Positions 41,227-50,719 of a stretch of DNA of 64,000 nucleotides are shown here, piece by piece. The notes below the pieces were generated by a model. It saw only the letters and a list, made by a program, of their open reading frames with translations, made no database searches and had not been told where the DNA came from. This DNA comes from Syntrophales bacterium (lineage in GTDB: Bacteria; Desulfobacterota; Syntrophia; Syntrophales; UBA6807), in NCBI GenBank assembly GCA_040767195.1, contig JAXGPA010000007.1, forward strand, positions 32,001 through 96,000, in the 5' to 3' direction. The stretch's first letter is position 1. Each line of letters begins with the position of its first letter. A program made the position numbers and the translations under genes.

Positions 41227-42252
41227 TTACGGTCCCTGGAAAATTTTCCTGAACGTATCTCCCCACTGGCGGGTTTCGTCATCGGAAAGATCCCGGATGG
41301 GCAGGACTTTCGCCTGGTCGATGCCGTCAATGGGCGGGAAGACGCCGGGGGCAAGGACATATTCCCCCACCTGGTCCGCCAGAAGCTTCATGGCCTCGCC
41401 GGAGAGCCAGTAGTCCATGAAGAGACGGGCGGCGGCGGGATGGGGGGCGGACGCGGCCACGGCGATGCCCCGGGGCGTGCCCAGGAGCGGCTGTTCCACC
41501 CGGGCCCAGTCCAGGGGGGCGGGGGCCTTCGTGATGATGTACTTGGGCATGGAGACGGCGATCAGTTTTTCCCCGCTTTCCACGGGAGCCGGCGTGGGTC
41601 CGAATGAAGCGACGAACATGGGCCTGTTCGCGGCCAGCCCCCGGAGGAACCTCATCCATGAGGCCTCGGAGGCGAAGACGTGTTCCTTCAGGCCGATGAG
41701 CCAGGAGATGGTTGTTGCGTGGGTGGATGGATCGGCCATGACGATTTTTCCCCGCCACTTCGGGTTCGCCAGGTCCTCGTACCGTTTCGGAACATCGGCC
41801 GGCTTGACCAGTTCCCGATTGTAGATCAGGGCCACGTATTCGATACCGAAGGCCTGAATCCGGCTGTCCTGCCGGGTCCATTCGGGGTATCCGGCGGCGG
41901 CGGGGGAGGCGTAGGGCGCCAGGACACCCTTGTCCTTCAGGAATTCCAGGATGGGCATGGGCGCCTGAAGAACGTCCGCCATGAGTTTCCCCGCCTGGTG
42001 TTCCGTGAGGACCGTGGCGAGGAATTTGGAAGTGGAAATTCTCGTGTATTCACCCTTGACGCCGTATTTCCCCGTGAACGCCTCCATGATGGGCTCCACG
42101 GCGGTGATATTGGCATAAAAGGTGGCTTTCCCCTCTTTTTTCGCCTGCTCGAGGGAATTCCCTGCCGCCGGGGAGATGCCGAAGACCGGCGTAAGGGCCG
42201 GCAGGACGATCAAGAGGGTGAGACAAAAGGTCAGTGACACCCGCTTTTTCAT
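41227..42252 (-). CDS. ABC transporter periplasmic substrate-binding protein (Fe3+/AfuA-like family)
   Basis: Signal peptide, AKKEG, DLANPKWRGKI, APHPAAARLFMDY. Confidence 0.88.
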   Translation of the reverse strand: MKKRVSLTFCLTLLIVLPALTPVFGISPAAGNSLEQAKKEGKATFYANITAVEPIMEAFTGKYGVKGEYTRISTSKFLATVLTEHQAGKLMADVLQAPMPILEFLKDKGVLAPYASPAAAGYPEWTRQDSRIQAFGIEYVALIYNRELVKPADVPKRYEDLANPKWRGKIVMADPSTHATTISWLIGLKEHVFASEASWMRFLRGLAANRPMFVASFGPTPAPVESGEKLIAVSMPKYIITKAPAPLDWARVEQPLLGTPRGIAVAASAPHPAAARLFMDYWLSGEAMKLLADQVGEYVLAPGVFPPIDGIDQAKVLPIRDLSDDETRQWGDTFRKIFQGP

Positions 42253-42458
42253 GATGCGCCCTCCTTTCAGTAAGGTACTGAATGAAAAGTAACAGCTTGA
42301 TATCTCTCTGTCAAAAGAAATCGGAGAAAGGGTTTGCTTGACTTTATCCATCCGTTTCCATCATATTGCTCCATTATGCAGCGTGTCACGGACGAGAGGG
42401 CGATACCTGGAAGGGCGGGCCCTCATTTTCGTTTCAGCCGTGACGACGTCGTGAACCG

Positions 42459-42989
42459 ATGGACGACCTTCTCCTTCTGAAAGCCCTGGCCTTTGCCGCG
42501 GAAAAACACCGGGGCCACCGGCGAAAGGATGCCGAAGCCACCCCATACATCAACCACCTGGTGACGGTAGCCCTCCTTGTCGCCGAGGCCTGTCGAAAGG
42601 TGGACCGGGAGGTCGTCGCTGCCGCCCTGCTCCACGACACCCTGGAAGACACGGACACGTCCCCGGACGAACTGGAGGTGGTCTTCGGGCCCCGTGTGCG
42701 GGGCCTCGTCGAGGAAGTGACGGACGACAAGTCTCTCCCCAAGGACAGGCGCAAGAGGCTCCAGGTGACCCATGCCCCCTTGCTGTCGCGGGAGGCGTCG
42801 ATGGTGAAAATCGCCGACAAGATCTCGAACGTCCGGGATATCCTGGAACGGCCGCCGGCCCGGTGGCCCGAATCCCGGAGGCAGGCGTACCTCGCCTGGG
42901 CGGCGGAAGTCGTGGCCCGCTGCCCGAAAACGGGAACGGACCTGGAAAAACTTTTTTTTGAAACCCTGAAGAATAGATCCTTCCCGTGA
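42459..42989 (+). CDS. HD-domain (p)ppGpp hydrolase-like protein (Mesh1/small alarmone hydrolase)
   Basis: RK..PYINH, LLHDTLEDT, VTDD, KIADK. Confidence 0.85.
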   Translation: MDDLLLLKALAFAAEKHRGHRRKDAEATPYINHLVTVALLVAEACRKVDREVVAAALLHDTLEDTDTSPDELEVVFGPRVRGLVEEVTDDKSLPKDRRKRLQVTHAPLLSREASMVKIADKISNVRDILERPPARWPESRRQAYLAWAAEVVARCPKTGTDLEKLFFETLKNRSFP

Positions 42990-43216
42990 TCAGGAATGGT
43001 CACGCACGGTCATTTTTAACCAGAAGCGCAAACATAAAATAAGGGGACAGCTTTACGTTCTTTTATCAAAAATGTTTGATTCCCTTCAGCGGATGCGATA
43101 GAAAGACGGCGCTTACGGGAATGGAAGAGCTTGCTTTCCCGCCGCCCGTGGATGTAGCCGGCTGGAACGGAAATTGCTCAAGACGGTGTAACAATGAATC
43201 ATGGATGGAGGTTTCA

Positions 43217-43927
43217 ATGCGAAAAAAAGTAATGTTGCTGTGGATACTGGCGTTCATGATCCCGGTCTTCGCGTCGGCGGCGTTCGCTGAATGCGTGGAT
43301 GGGGACTGTGTCAACGGCAGGGGAAAATACGTGTACCCCGACGGGCGCGAGTACGAAGGAAGTTTCAAGGACGGCGTGCCCCACGGACGGGGCGCTTTCA
43401 CCTATCCCGACAAAAAAGAGAAACGGGGGGATAGGGTTCTCACCTATCTCACCGGCGGCCGTTACGAGGGGGAAATCAAAGACGGAAAGAAAGAAGGCCG
43501 GGGACGATTTTATTATACGAACGGCAGCGAATACAAAGGCCTCTTCAGAGAGGATAAGAGGGAGGGGGAAGGTACCCTGACGTTCAAGGACGGCTCGAAA
43601 TACGATGGGGAATTCAAAAACAACAAGATGGACGGAAAGGGTGTCATGACAAACGCCGACGGGAGCCGGTACGAAGGGGAATTCAAGGAAGGGAACCCCC
43701 ACGGGAAAGGCATCTTCACCTTTGCTGACGGCCGGAGATACGAAGGGGACTTGAGGGAGAACCGGATTACGGGAAAGGGAACCCTGCTCTTTCCCGATGG
43801 ACGGAAATATGTCGGTGAGTTCAAGGAAGAAACCATGAACGGGGAAGGAACCCTGTTCTATCCGGACGGACGTAAGCAGACCGGCCGTTTCGAGAACGGC
43901 GAATTCGTGTCGGAGAAGACGGAATAG
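43217..43927 (+). CDS. Secreted MORN-repeat protein
   Basis: Signal peptide, CVDGDC, about 8 YEGxFKxG..xGxG repeats of 23 aa. Confidence 0.9.
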   Translation: MRKKVMLLWILAFMIPVFASAAFAECVDGDCVNGRGKYVYPDGREYEGSFKDGVPHGRGAFTYPDKKEKRGDRVLTYLTGGRYEGEIKDGKKEGRGRFYYTNGSEYKGLFREDKREGEGTLTFKDGSKYDGEFKNNKMDGKGVMTNADGSRYEGEFKEGNPHGKGIFTFADGRRYEGDLRENRITGKGTLLFPDGRKYVGEFKEETMNGEGTLFYPDGRKQTGRFENGEFVSEKTE

Positions 43928-43985
43928 GACGCGCCATGAAGGCACCGGCTGCGGCCGACGTTCTCTTCTGAACGGACAGGATAGA

Positions 43986-45122
43986 ATGTATAAACACAGA
44001 CATATAGCGGTGATTCTTTCCCTGCTGATTACCGGCCTTCTTCTATTCCCGGCCGCCGGGGAGGGAAAGGCGGAGGGAGAGTTCAGTCTTCGCGTCTTTC
44101 ACACGGGCAACGTGGCGGGCAAGGTGTCGCCCTGTTCCACCTGAGGCGGCTCCACGTTGGGCGGTCTGGCCCGGCGCGTTTCCTATATTCTCGGAGAAAG
44201 ATCCCGGGATGGGGCCATTCTCGTCGTCGATTCGGGCAATCTTTTCCCGAAACGGAAAACGGAACGGGCCGGCGGCACCGAAACCGGGACCGCCGGTCTC
44301 CTGGCCAGGGCTTATGGCCGTATGGCCGTTGACGCCGTAAACGTGGGCCCGGCGGAAGCCGCCATGGGACGGGAGTTATTCAGCCGGCCGGAGATCAGTC
44401 GGCTGCCCTGGATTTCTTCAAACATCGTCAACGAACGGGGCGACCCCCTGTTTGATCCTTATATCATAAAGAATGTCGGTAACGTGCGTGTCGGTATCCT
44501 GGGGTTCACCAGCCTGGCGGACGATCCCGCGATCAAGAAGGGATTCGGGAGCGGCCATGCCGTTGCCGATCCCGTTACCGCCACCCGGAAGATCATCGGG
44601 GAGATTTCCGGAAAAACGGATGTGATTCTGGTCTTGTCCTGCCTGGCTCCCGAAGAGATTCGCCGGCTTGCGGCGGAAAATCGCGGGACCTGTTTCATCC
44701 TGGGCGGCGGGGAGGGGAGGACAACCGTCCACCCGCACCGGGAGTCGGAGACCCTGGTGCTCCGGTCCGGCAAAGACGGGATGTACGTGGGCCGCCTCAA
44801 CCTGTCCTGCACGGGTTCCATGACGGGGTTTCTGGATGCCGAAGAAGAAAGCCGTCTCCACCTGGAACTGCAGAACCTGGAACAGCGGATAGCCGCCCTC
44901 GTGAAAGCCCGGCAAAACAAGGACACCCCCGCCCTGGAGAAAATGATCGGCGACCTGTTATCGAGAAAATCAGCCCTGGAAGAAAAATTGACGGCCATCT
45001 GCGCCTGCGGGACGGAGACGGGAAAATTCACATGGGATCTTGTTCCCATGGAAAGCGACATCCCCGGGGATGAGACCGTTCTCGACTGGATCCGGGAGGC
45101 GGGCCTGGAGGGATCGTCGTGA
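43986..45122 (+). CDS. Exported UshA-like (5'-nucleotidase N-domain fold) selenoprotein, CxxU motif
   Basis: ATG 43986 plus signal peptide, in frame through TGA 44142-44144 (PCST-U-GGSTLGGLARR) with the downstream ORF 44157..45122; SECIS-like hairpin follows. Confidence 0.8.
44155..44176 (+). promoter_or_regulatory. Bacterial SECIS-like hairpin
   Basis: CGTTGGGC-GGTCTG-GCCCGGCG; the G-initiated loop begins 18 nt after the UGA. Confidence 0.7.
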
Positions 45123-45143
45123 CCGGAAGGATCCCCAGCTGAC

Positions 45144-45641
45144 ATGGGGAAGACGAAAAAAAACGCGTTTCAGGCGGCCCTGCTCATCCTCGGGAGCATC
45201 CTCGCGGCGACGGCCTTCAACGCCGTGAGCCCGTCAGGCCTTCCATGGCTGGGCGACTGGTCACCCGGGGCGGTCGCCGGGCTCTACCTGGAAGACCTGG
45301 ACGAGATCACCGCTGACAGGGTTCTTGTGCTGGAGCGGGAGGGTCTCCTTGTCTTTCTCGACCCCCAAGACCCCGTGTTTTACAGCGAGGATCCTCCGCC
45401 CGGTTCCATCAATGTCACGCCCCGGAACGTCCCGGCCATGATCGATGAAATCAGGGTTCTCGCCGGTGCGGGATTGAAGCTCGTCATCCTCTGCGACGGC
45501 GGCCGCTGTACCCGGGGAATGGAACTGGCCCGGGTTCTCGAGAGCCGTGGATTTCGTGATTTCAAAATTTTCAGGAACGGGGAGTCGAGAAGCTCGGAGA
45601 AGACGGACGGCGCGTCGGTCCCGGGAAAGGAGAACTCGTGA
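45144..45641 (+). CDS. Membrane-anchored rhodanese-like protein (degenerate)
   Basis: N-terminal TM, PGSINV, LCDGGRC loop. Confidence 0.65.
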   Translation: MGKTKKNAFQAALLILGSILAATAFNAVSPSGLPWLGDWSPGAVAGLYLEDLDEITADRVLVLEREGLLVFLDPQDPVFYSEDPPPGSINVTPRNVPAMIDEIRVLAGAGLKLVILCDGGRCTRGMELARVLESRGFRDFKIFRNGESRSSEKTDGASVPGKENS

Positions 45642-46102
45642 ACCGGGCGCGCCGGGTGAGAGAAAAATGGTTTGCGGCGGTTCTGCTTGTTTCACGGCTT
45701 TTTCTCGGAGGGGTCTTCCTCTTCTCCGGCGTGACGAAAATCCTCGAGCCCGGGGGGTTCGCCCTTTCCATCTATCATTATCAGCTCCTGCCCGATCTCC
45801 TCGTCAACCCGGCGGCCATCATACTGCCCTGGGTCGAGGTAATCTGCGGTATGGCCCTGATCCTGCGCTGGTGGGTCGGCGGCGCCTCTCTTGTCGTCAC
45901 GGGGCTTCTGCTCGTCTTTCTGATGGCCCTCGCCATCACCCTCGTCAGGGGCCTCGACATCTCCTGCGGCTGTTTTTCCTCGACAGGGGAAGGAAAAATA
46001 TCCTGGTGGTATCTCCTCCGGGACTTCTCCCTTTTCGCCATGGGAATCCTCATTCTTCTTTTTCACGACAGGGAAACCGGCGGGCCGCCGGCTGAAGCCT
46101 GA
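45638..46102 (+). CDS. MauE/DoxX family redox-associated membrane protein
   Basis: GGVFLFSG..K, PWVE, GLDISCGCF, LLRD. Confidence 0.88.
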   Translation: MNRARRVREKWFAAVLLVSRLFLGGVFLFSGVTKILEPGGFALSIYHYQLLPDLLVNPAAIILPWVEVICGMALILRWWVGGASLVVTGLLLVFLMALAITLVRGLDISCGCFSSTGEGKISWWYLLRDFSLFAMGILILLFHDRETGGPPAEA

Positions 46103-46195
46103 ATTCTTTCCTTTTTAAAAAGCCTTTGAATCCTGACTGTTAACATCTTTGGGCGGATGCCATGTCAGCGCCGGGAATTTTTTTTTTCAAACCGG

Positions 46196-46223
46196 TTGCG
46201 TTTCAATTCCTTTTATGTATACT
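46196..46223 (+). promoter_or_regulatory. Putative sigma70 promoter of the A/V-ATPase operon
   Basis: TTGCGT-N16-TATACT. Confidence 0.5.
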
Positions 46224-46585
46224 GTAACTGCCCCTTTTAGCATTCAGGATCTGAAGAGAGGGGCGCGCACCCAATCAGACAGAGGCCGCGTACAGGTTGT
46301 TTCTCATGCACACGGGGCGGGACGTCATTACCGGAAGCCCGTTTTAGGCAGCAAGCAAGCGAAACCCGCCCGGAAAGCCGTTTCAGGAAAGGCCATCTCG
46401 GAAAGGATGCGTTTCTTCCACGGGACCTGGAATTCGACCCTTGAAGTCGTCAGACCCACCGGGGGGAAAGGGTTCGGCGGTGCCTGTTTCTTTTTTGCGT
46501 CGACACGAAAATCCAAAAGAACAACGGATTCGGGGTTGTCTTCCCCGACAGTGCAGGACCGATTTCACGGAAAGGCCCGAATGAA

Positions 46586-48583
46586 ATGATGCCCATTTTT
46601 GTCAGTCTTCCCGAGGCCATGGTCAAGCTGAAAGTGGTGACGATCAAGGGGTCCTTTGAAAAGGCCCTTTCCACGCTCCAGGGCCTGGGTGTTCTTCACA
46701 TCGAGGAAGCCAAGGAACTGACCCCCGTCGAGAAGGAAGCCATCGAAGACCGGCGGGCCCAGGTCAGGAAGGCCCTGGCCTCTGTTCAGGACATCCTGTC
46801 CTTTCTGCCGGGGGAAAGAGAGGTCTTCATCGGGGATGTCCCTCCTACCGTCGATGAAGCGCTGCGAGGGGTGGAAAAACTTCAAAACGAGATTTCAAGG
46901 CGCCTGTCGGACATTCAGAAGACGGAGCAGGAAATTTCCAGGTCCGGAGACCTGGAACGCTACCTGGCCGTTCTCCCCGGCAGCGGGGGTATGTCCCTGC
47001 GGGACTTTCACTACGACGGGCCCTATCTTTTCACCGCCGTTTATGTCTTCACGGAAGAAGCCTCTCGGACCTTCCGGGAGAAGTCTTCCGCTTATATCAT
47101 CGATCTCGTGAGCGCTTCCGCGGGCAACGAGGCCGTCGTCTTTGTGGTGGCCAGGAAGGATGACAGAAAGGTCCTGGAAGACACCGCGTCGGCCCTGGGG
47201 GCCGCCGCGATCGCCGTGCCGGAAGGGGACCGGGCGCTTGCCGACTTTCTCGGAGAGGAAAGAAAGCGGCAGGAAGACAGGGAAGGCCGCCTGGCCCGCC
47301 TGCGAGCGGACCTCCAGGCGTGCATCCTGGAGAATCTGCCCGACCTGGCCCAGCACCGGGAAATTCTGGCGGCGGAATATGAGCGCCTTTCAGCCCTGGA
47401 CTGGGCCAGCGGAACCTCTTACGTGACCCTCATGGAGGGCTGGATTCCTAAAGGAGACGTGGAAAACGCGACAAGCCGCCTCCGGGAAGCCGTGCCTTAC
47501 AGTTTCGTCGATACGAGACCCCCGGAAAGGGGTGAAGAGCCGCCCACGCGGCTCCGGAACCCGAAGGGGGTCCGGCCTTTCGAAGTGGTCGTCAAGCTCT
47601 TCAGCATTCCCCGCTATGGCGAGTGGGACCCCACGCCGGTGGTGGCCTATTTCTTCGCGTTTTTCTTCGGTATCATGCTGAACGACATGGTCTACGCCGT
47701 GGGACTTCTTCTCCTGGCCCGTTTTTTCCTGGACAAGCTCGTCGACGACCCGACAAGCGAGGGAACCCGGCTTTTCCGCAATGTCCTGTACATCGGCGGG
47801 CTCGTTTCCCTGGTTTTCGGGATTCTATCGGGAACCTACCTGGGCGATTTTCTGAACCGCTACTTCGGCATCGAGCTGGACACCCTGGCCCTGTCCCGGG
47901 CTGTCCAGGCAAAGCTTTCCGACCCCATCTCGTTCATCGTCCTGGCACTCATCATCGGCCTGATCCACCTCAACCTGGCTCACATGTTCGGGTTCATCAA
48001 GGGAATCCGGGAAAAAAGCTGGGGCATCGTCCTCAACAAAATCGGCCTTTTCCTTCTCCAGATCTTCGGCATTCCCTACCTGTTCCACGGGATGCTTCAG
48101 ATCGACCTGATCCCCGTGAGCCCGGCCCTTTACGGGAGCTTCGCCTATCCCATGTACGGCGGCCTCATCCTGGTCATCGTCGGCAGCGTGGTCCAGATGG
48201 GCGCCCTGGGGGGTGTGTTCTGGCTCTTCGACGTGACGGGCATCCTGGGGGACGTCATGTCATACTCCCGTCTTGCCGGCGTGGGGTTGGCCACCTTCTA
48301 TCTCGCATCATCCTTCAACCTTCTCGCCGAGTGGGTTTCCCGGGGCGTGTCCTCGGCCGTCCCGGGGATTATCGGCGTCGCCATAGGATTCATCCTGGGG
48401 GTCGCTCTTCTTCTCATCTTTCACGTCTTCAATCTCCTTCTCAGCGTTCTGGCGGCGTTCATCCACTCCCTCAGGCTCTGTTTCGTCGAGTTTCTTCTTA
48501 AATTTTTCGAGGGAGGGGGCCGGGAATACGATCCCCTGCAACTGAAACATCGCAAGAGAGTCATCTTGGGTAAAAAATCTTAA
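46586..48583 (+). CDS. ntpI: A/V-type ATPase subunit I (a)
   Basis: EGWIP, PPTRLRNP, EWDPTP, SYSRLAG, HSLRLCFVEF. Confidence 0.95.
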   Translation: MMPIFVSLPEAMVKLKVVTIKGSFEKALSTLQGLGVLHIEEAKELTPVEKEAIEDRRAQVRKALASVQDILSFLPGEREVFIGDVPPTVDEALRGVEKLQNEISRRLSDIQKTEQEISRSGDLERYLAVLPGSGGMSLRDFHYDGPYLFTAVYVFTEEASRTFREKSSAYIIDLVSASAGNEAVVFVVARKDDRKVLEDTASALGAAAIAVPEGDRALADFLGEERKRQEDREGRLARLRADLQACILENLPDLAQHREILAAEYERLSALDWASGTSYVTLMEGWIPKGDVENATSRLREAVPYSFVDTRPPERGEEPPTRLRNPKGVRPFEVVVKLFSIPRYGEWDPTPVVAYFFAFFFGIMLNDMVYAVGLLLLARFFLDKLVDDPTSEGTRLFRNVLYIGGLVSLVFGILSGTYLGDFLNRYFGIELDTLALSRAVQAKLSDPISFIVLALIIGLIHLNLAHMFGFIKGIREKSWGIVLNKIGLFLLQIFGIPYLFHGMLQIDLIPVSPALYGSFAYPMYGGLILVIVGSVVQMGALGGVFWLFDVTGILGDVMSYSRLAGVGLATFYLASSFNLLAEWVSRGVSSAVPGIIGVAIGFILGVALLLIFHVFNLLLSVLAAFIHSLRLCFVEFLLKFFEGGGREYDPLQLKHRKRVILGKKS

Positions 48584-48596
48584 GGAGAGGTGAGAT

Positions 48597-49064
48597 ATGA
48601 CGACCATTCAAGCCCTGGCGACGTTTGGCGGTGCGCTGGCACTGGCGGGAGGACTGGCGGGTTCCGCCATGGGAATCGCGAATGCCGGTTCGGCGGGCAC
48701 GGCGACGCTTTCCGAGGACGCGGGACAGCTCCGGAACGTGATCGTCCTGGCGTCCCTGCCCATGACGCAGACCTTTTACGGCCTCATCATCCTGATCATC
48801 ATCCTGACCGTTTCCATGCCCAAGCTGCCGGAAGCGGGAGGGACAGGGATCGCCATGGTCGGAATCGGTCTCATGGCCGGGTTCGCCGAGTTTTTCTCTG
48901 CCATTTTCCAGGGGGCCGTCTGCGCTTCCGGTATCGCCCTCCTTCCGAAAACAAAGGGCAGGATCCTGACGGCATCGATGATGCTGGCCGTTTTCGTCGA
49001 GTTGATCGGCGTTCTCGGTCTCGTTTTCACGATCATGGCCCTCAGCATCCTCAGGCTCATGTGA
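48597..49064 (+). CDS. ntpK: A/V-type ATPase subunit K (four-helix proteolipid)
   Basis: GSAMG, LPMTQTFYG, AIFQG, VFVEL. Confidence 0.93.
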   Translation: MTTIQALATFGGALALAGGLAGSAMGIANAGSAGTATLSEDAGQLRNVIVLASLPMTQTFYGLIILIIILTVSMPKLPEAGGTGIAMVGIGLMAGFAEFFSAIFQGAVCASGIALLPKTKGRILTASMMLAVFVELIGVLGLVFTIMALSILRLM

Positions 49065-49077
49065 AAAGGGGAAGACC

Positions 49078-49674
49078 ATGGACACGAGCAAACTGAGAGA
49101 GGCCATTCTCGACAAGGCGCGGGAGGAAGCGGACCGGATTCTCGCCGATGCCGAGACGAAATCCCGCGAAATTGTGAAAAAGGCGGAGGACCAGTTCCGG
49201 GAAAGGGTCGAATCGGAAAAGAAAAAAATCCTGTCGGAAGCCCGGCGGGAATCGGCGAAAAGGGTGGCCCAGGCATCCCTGGAGGGGCGCCAGTCGATTC
49301 TCCGGGAAAAGGACAGGATTATCGGGGATATCCTCGACAAAGTCCGGGCGAGCCTCAAGGAGACATCCCTGGAAGAGGGAAACCTCCGCAAGCTGGTGCG
49401 GGAAACCATCGAGGCCTTTGAATCGGATGTGCCGGTCCGGCTTTACGGGGCCCCCCGGGACCTGCCGGCCCTCCAGGCCCTTGTCGCGGAGGACGGCGAC
49501 CTGGGGAAACGGGTCATCGACGTCCGCGAAAAGGAGGGGCTCGGCGGAATCCTGGCCGAGACGGAAGACGGCATGGTGAGTATCGACAACACCTTCGAAA
49601 CCCGGCTTTCCATGCTTCTGCCCGATATCATGCCCGAGATGGCAAAAAGACTTTTTGGAGAAGGGGACCATTGA
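49078..49674 (+). CDS. ntpE: A/V-type ATPase subunit E
   Basis: Coiled N-terminus, GGIL, IDNTFETRL; operon position. Confidence 0.9.
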   Translation: MDTSKLREAILDKAREEADRILADAETKSREIVKKAEDQFRERVESEKKKILSEARRESAKRVAQASLEGRQSILREKDRIIGDILDKVRASLKETSLEEGNLRKLVRETIEAFESDVPVRLYGAPRDLPALQALVAEDGDLGKRVIDVREKEGLGGILAETEDGMVSIDNTFETRLSMLLPDIMPEMAKRLFGEGDH

Positions 49675-50714
49675 ACCTGACCAGCACCCGCTACGCCTTT
49701 CTGTCAGCCTATGTGAAGGGGGAGGAGGCCCGGGGTGTCCAGGGAGAACACGTTTCGACGATCCTCCAGAGGGCCCGGACCGTCCAGGAAGCCCTGGAAA
49801 TCATCCGGGACACCGATGTGGGAGAGGCGCTCCGGGAAGAAACCTGGAAAACCTACCCCGAATTCGAAAGCCGCCTCTGGAATGCCCTGTCGGAAAACCT
49901 GGCCCGGGTCCGCCGCTTCGCCCTTCCCGAGGGCATGGGAACCATGATACGGGTTTTTCTCAACCGGTTCGATCTTTTGAACATCAAGCTCGCCCTTCGG
50001 GCCGTTCAGGAGGAAAAGTCCTTCGTTCCCGTGCCGCTTGGCTCACTCCACGACGAGGGACTTCTCGACGACCTGTCCCGGGTGAAAACCCTTCCCGATC
50101 TCGCCTCTTATCTGCCGGCGGCGGGCCTGGGTGAATACGGCGATATCCTGTGGGACGTCAAGGAACTGGATGAAAAAATTATCCTCGACCTGGAGCGGGT
50201 TCTCGACGGTTTTTACAACGAACGGTGGGTAAAAACCCTGGGGAGCCTGGACGAAGGGTCCCTTTTGGTCCGGGTACAGGGGATTTTTATCGATTATGCC
50301 AACCTCCGCGCGGTGTTCCGGCTCGTTACCGGGGGCCGGGGAGCCGTGTCGGAGAACATATTTCTCGAGGGCGGCCACCTTCTGGACATGGCCACTCTCA
50401 GGGAATTTCTCACCCTCAGTCCTGGCGAGATCGTCACGCGGCTTGGCAACACCGAATACGAGTATGCCGTGTCCGACCTGGCCCGGGGCCTGGAGAAGGG
50501 AAAGTCCGTCGGAACCATCGACCAGATCCTGGACCGCCACCTGTACCGGACCGTCCGGTACCTGCTGGCACCCCGGGCCCTGTCTCCCTGTACCCTTTTA
50601 TGGTATCTCCTCGTCAAGGAACTGGAAGCGAGGAACCTGAGAATGATTTTCAAGGTTCTTCATGATGGCGTCCCTGTCGGGGAAATTCGGGATTTCATGG
50701 TGATGGCCACATGA
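49671..50714 (+). CDS. ntpC: A/V-type ATPase subunit C (d)
   Basis: RFDLLNIKLALR, KELEARNLR; operon position. Confidence 0.88.
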   Translation: MNLTSTRYAFLSAYVKGEEARGVQGEHVSTILQRARTVQEALEIIRDTDVGEALREETWKTYPEFESRLWNALSENLARVRRFALPEGMGTMIRVFLNRFDLLNIKLALRAVQEEKSFVPVPLGSLHDEGLLDDLSRVKTLPDLASYLPAAGLGEYGDILWDVKELDEKIILDLERVLDGFYNERWVKTLGSLDEGSLLVRVQGIFIDYANLRAVFRLVTGGRGAVSENIFLEGGHLLDMATLREFLTLSPGEIVTRLGNTEYEYAVSDLARGLEKGKSVGTIDQILDRHLYRTVRYLLAPRALSPCTLLWYLLVKELEARNLRMIFKVLHDGVPVGEIRDFMVMAT

Positions 50715-50719
50715 GAGGA

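Noticed and set aside
43310..43900. Periodic 69-nt DNA repeats suggesting a CRISPR-like array
   Set aside because: They are degenerate in-frame MORN protein repeats, with no identical repeat-spacer structure and no cas genes
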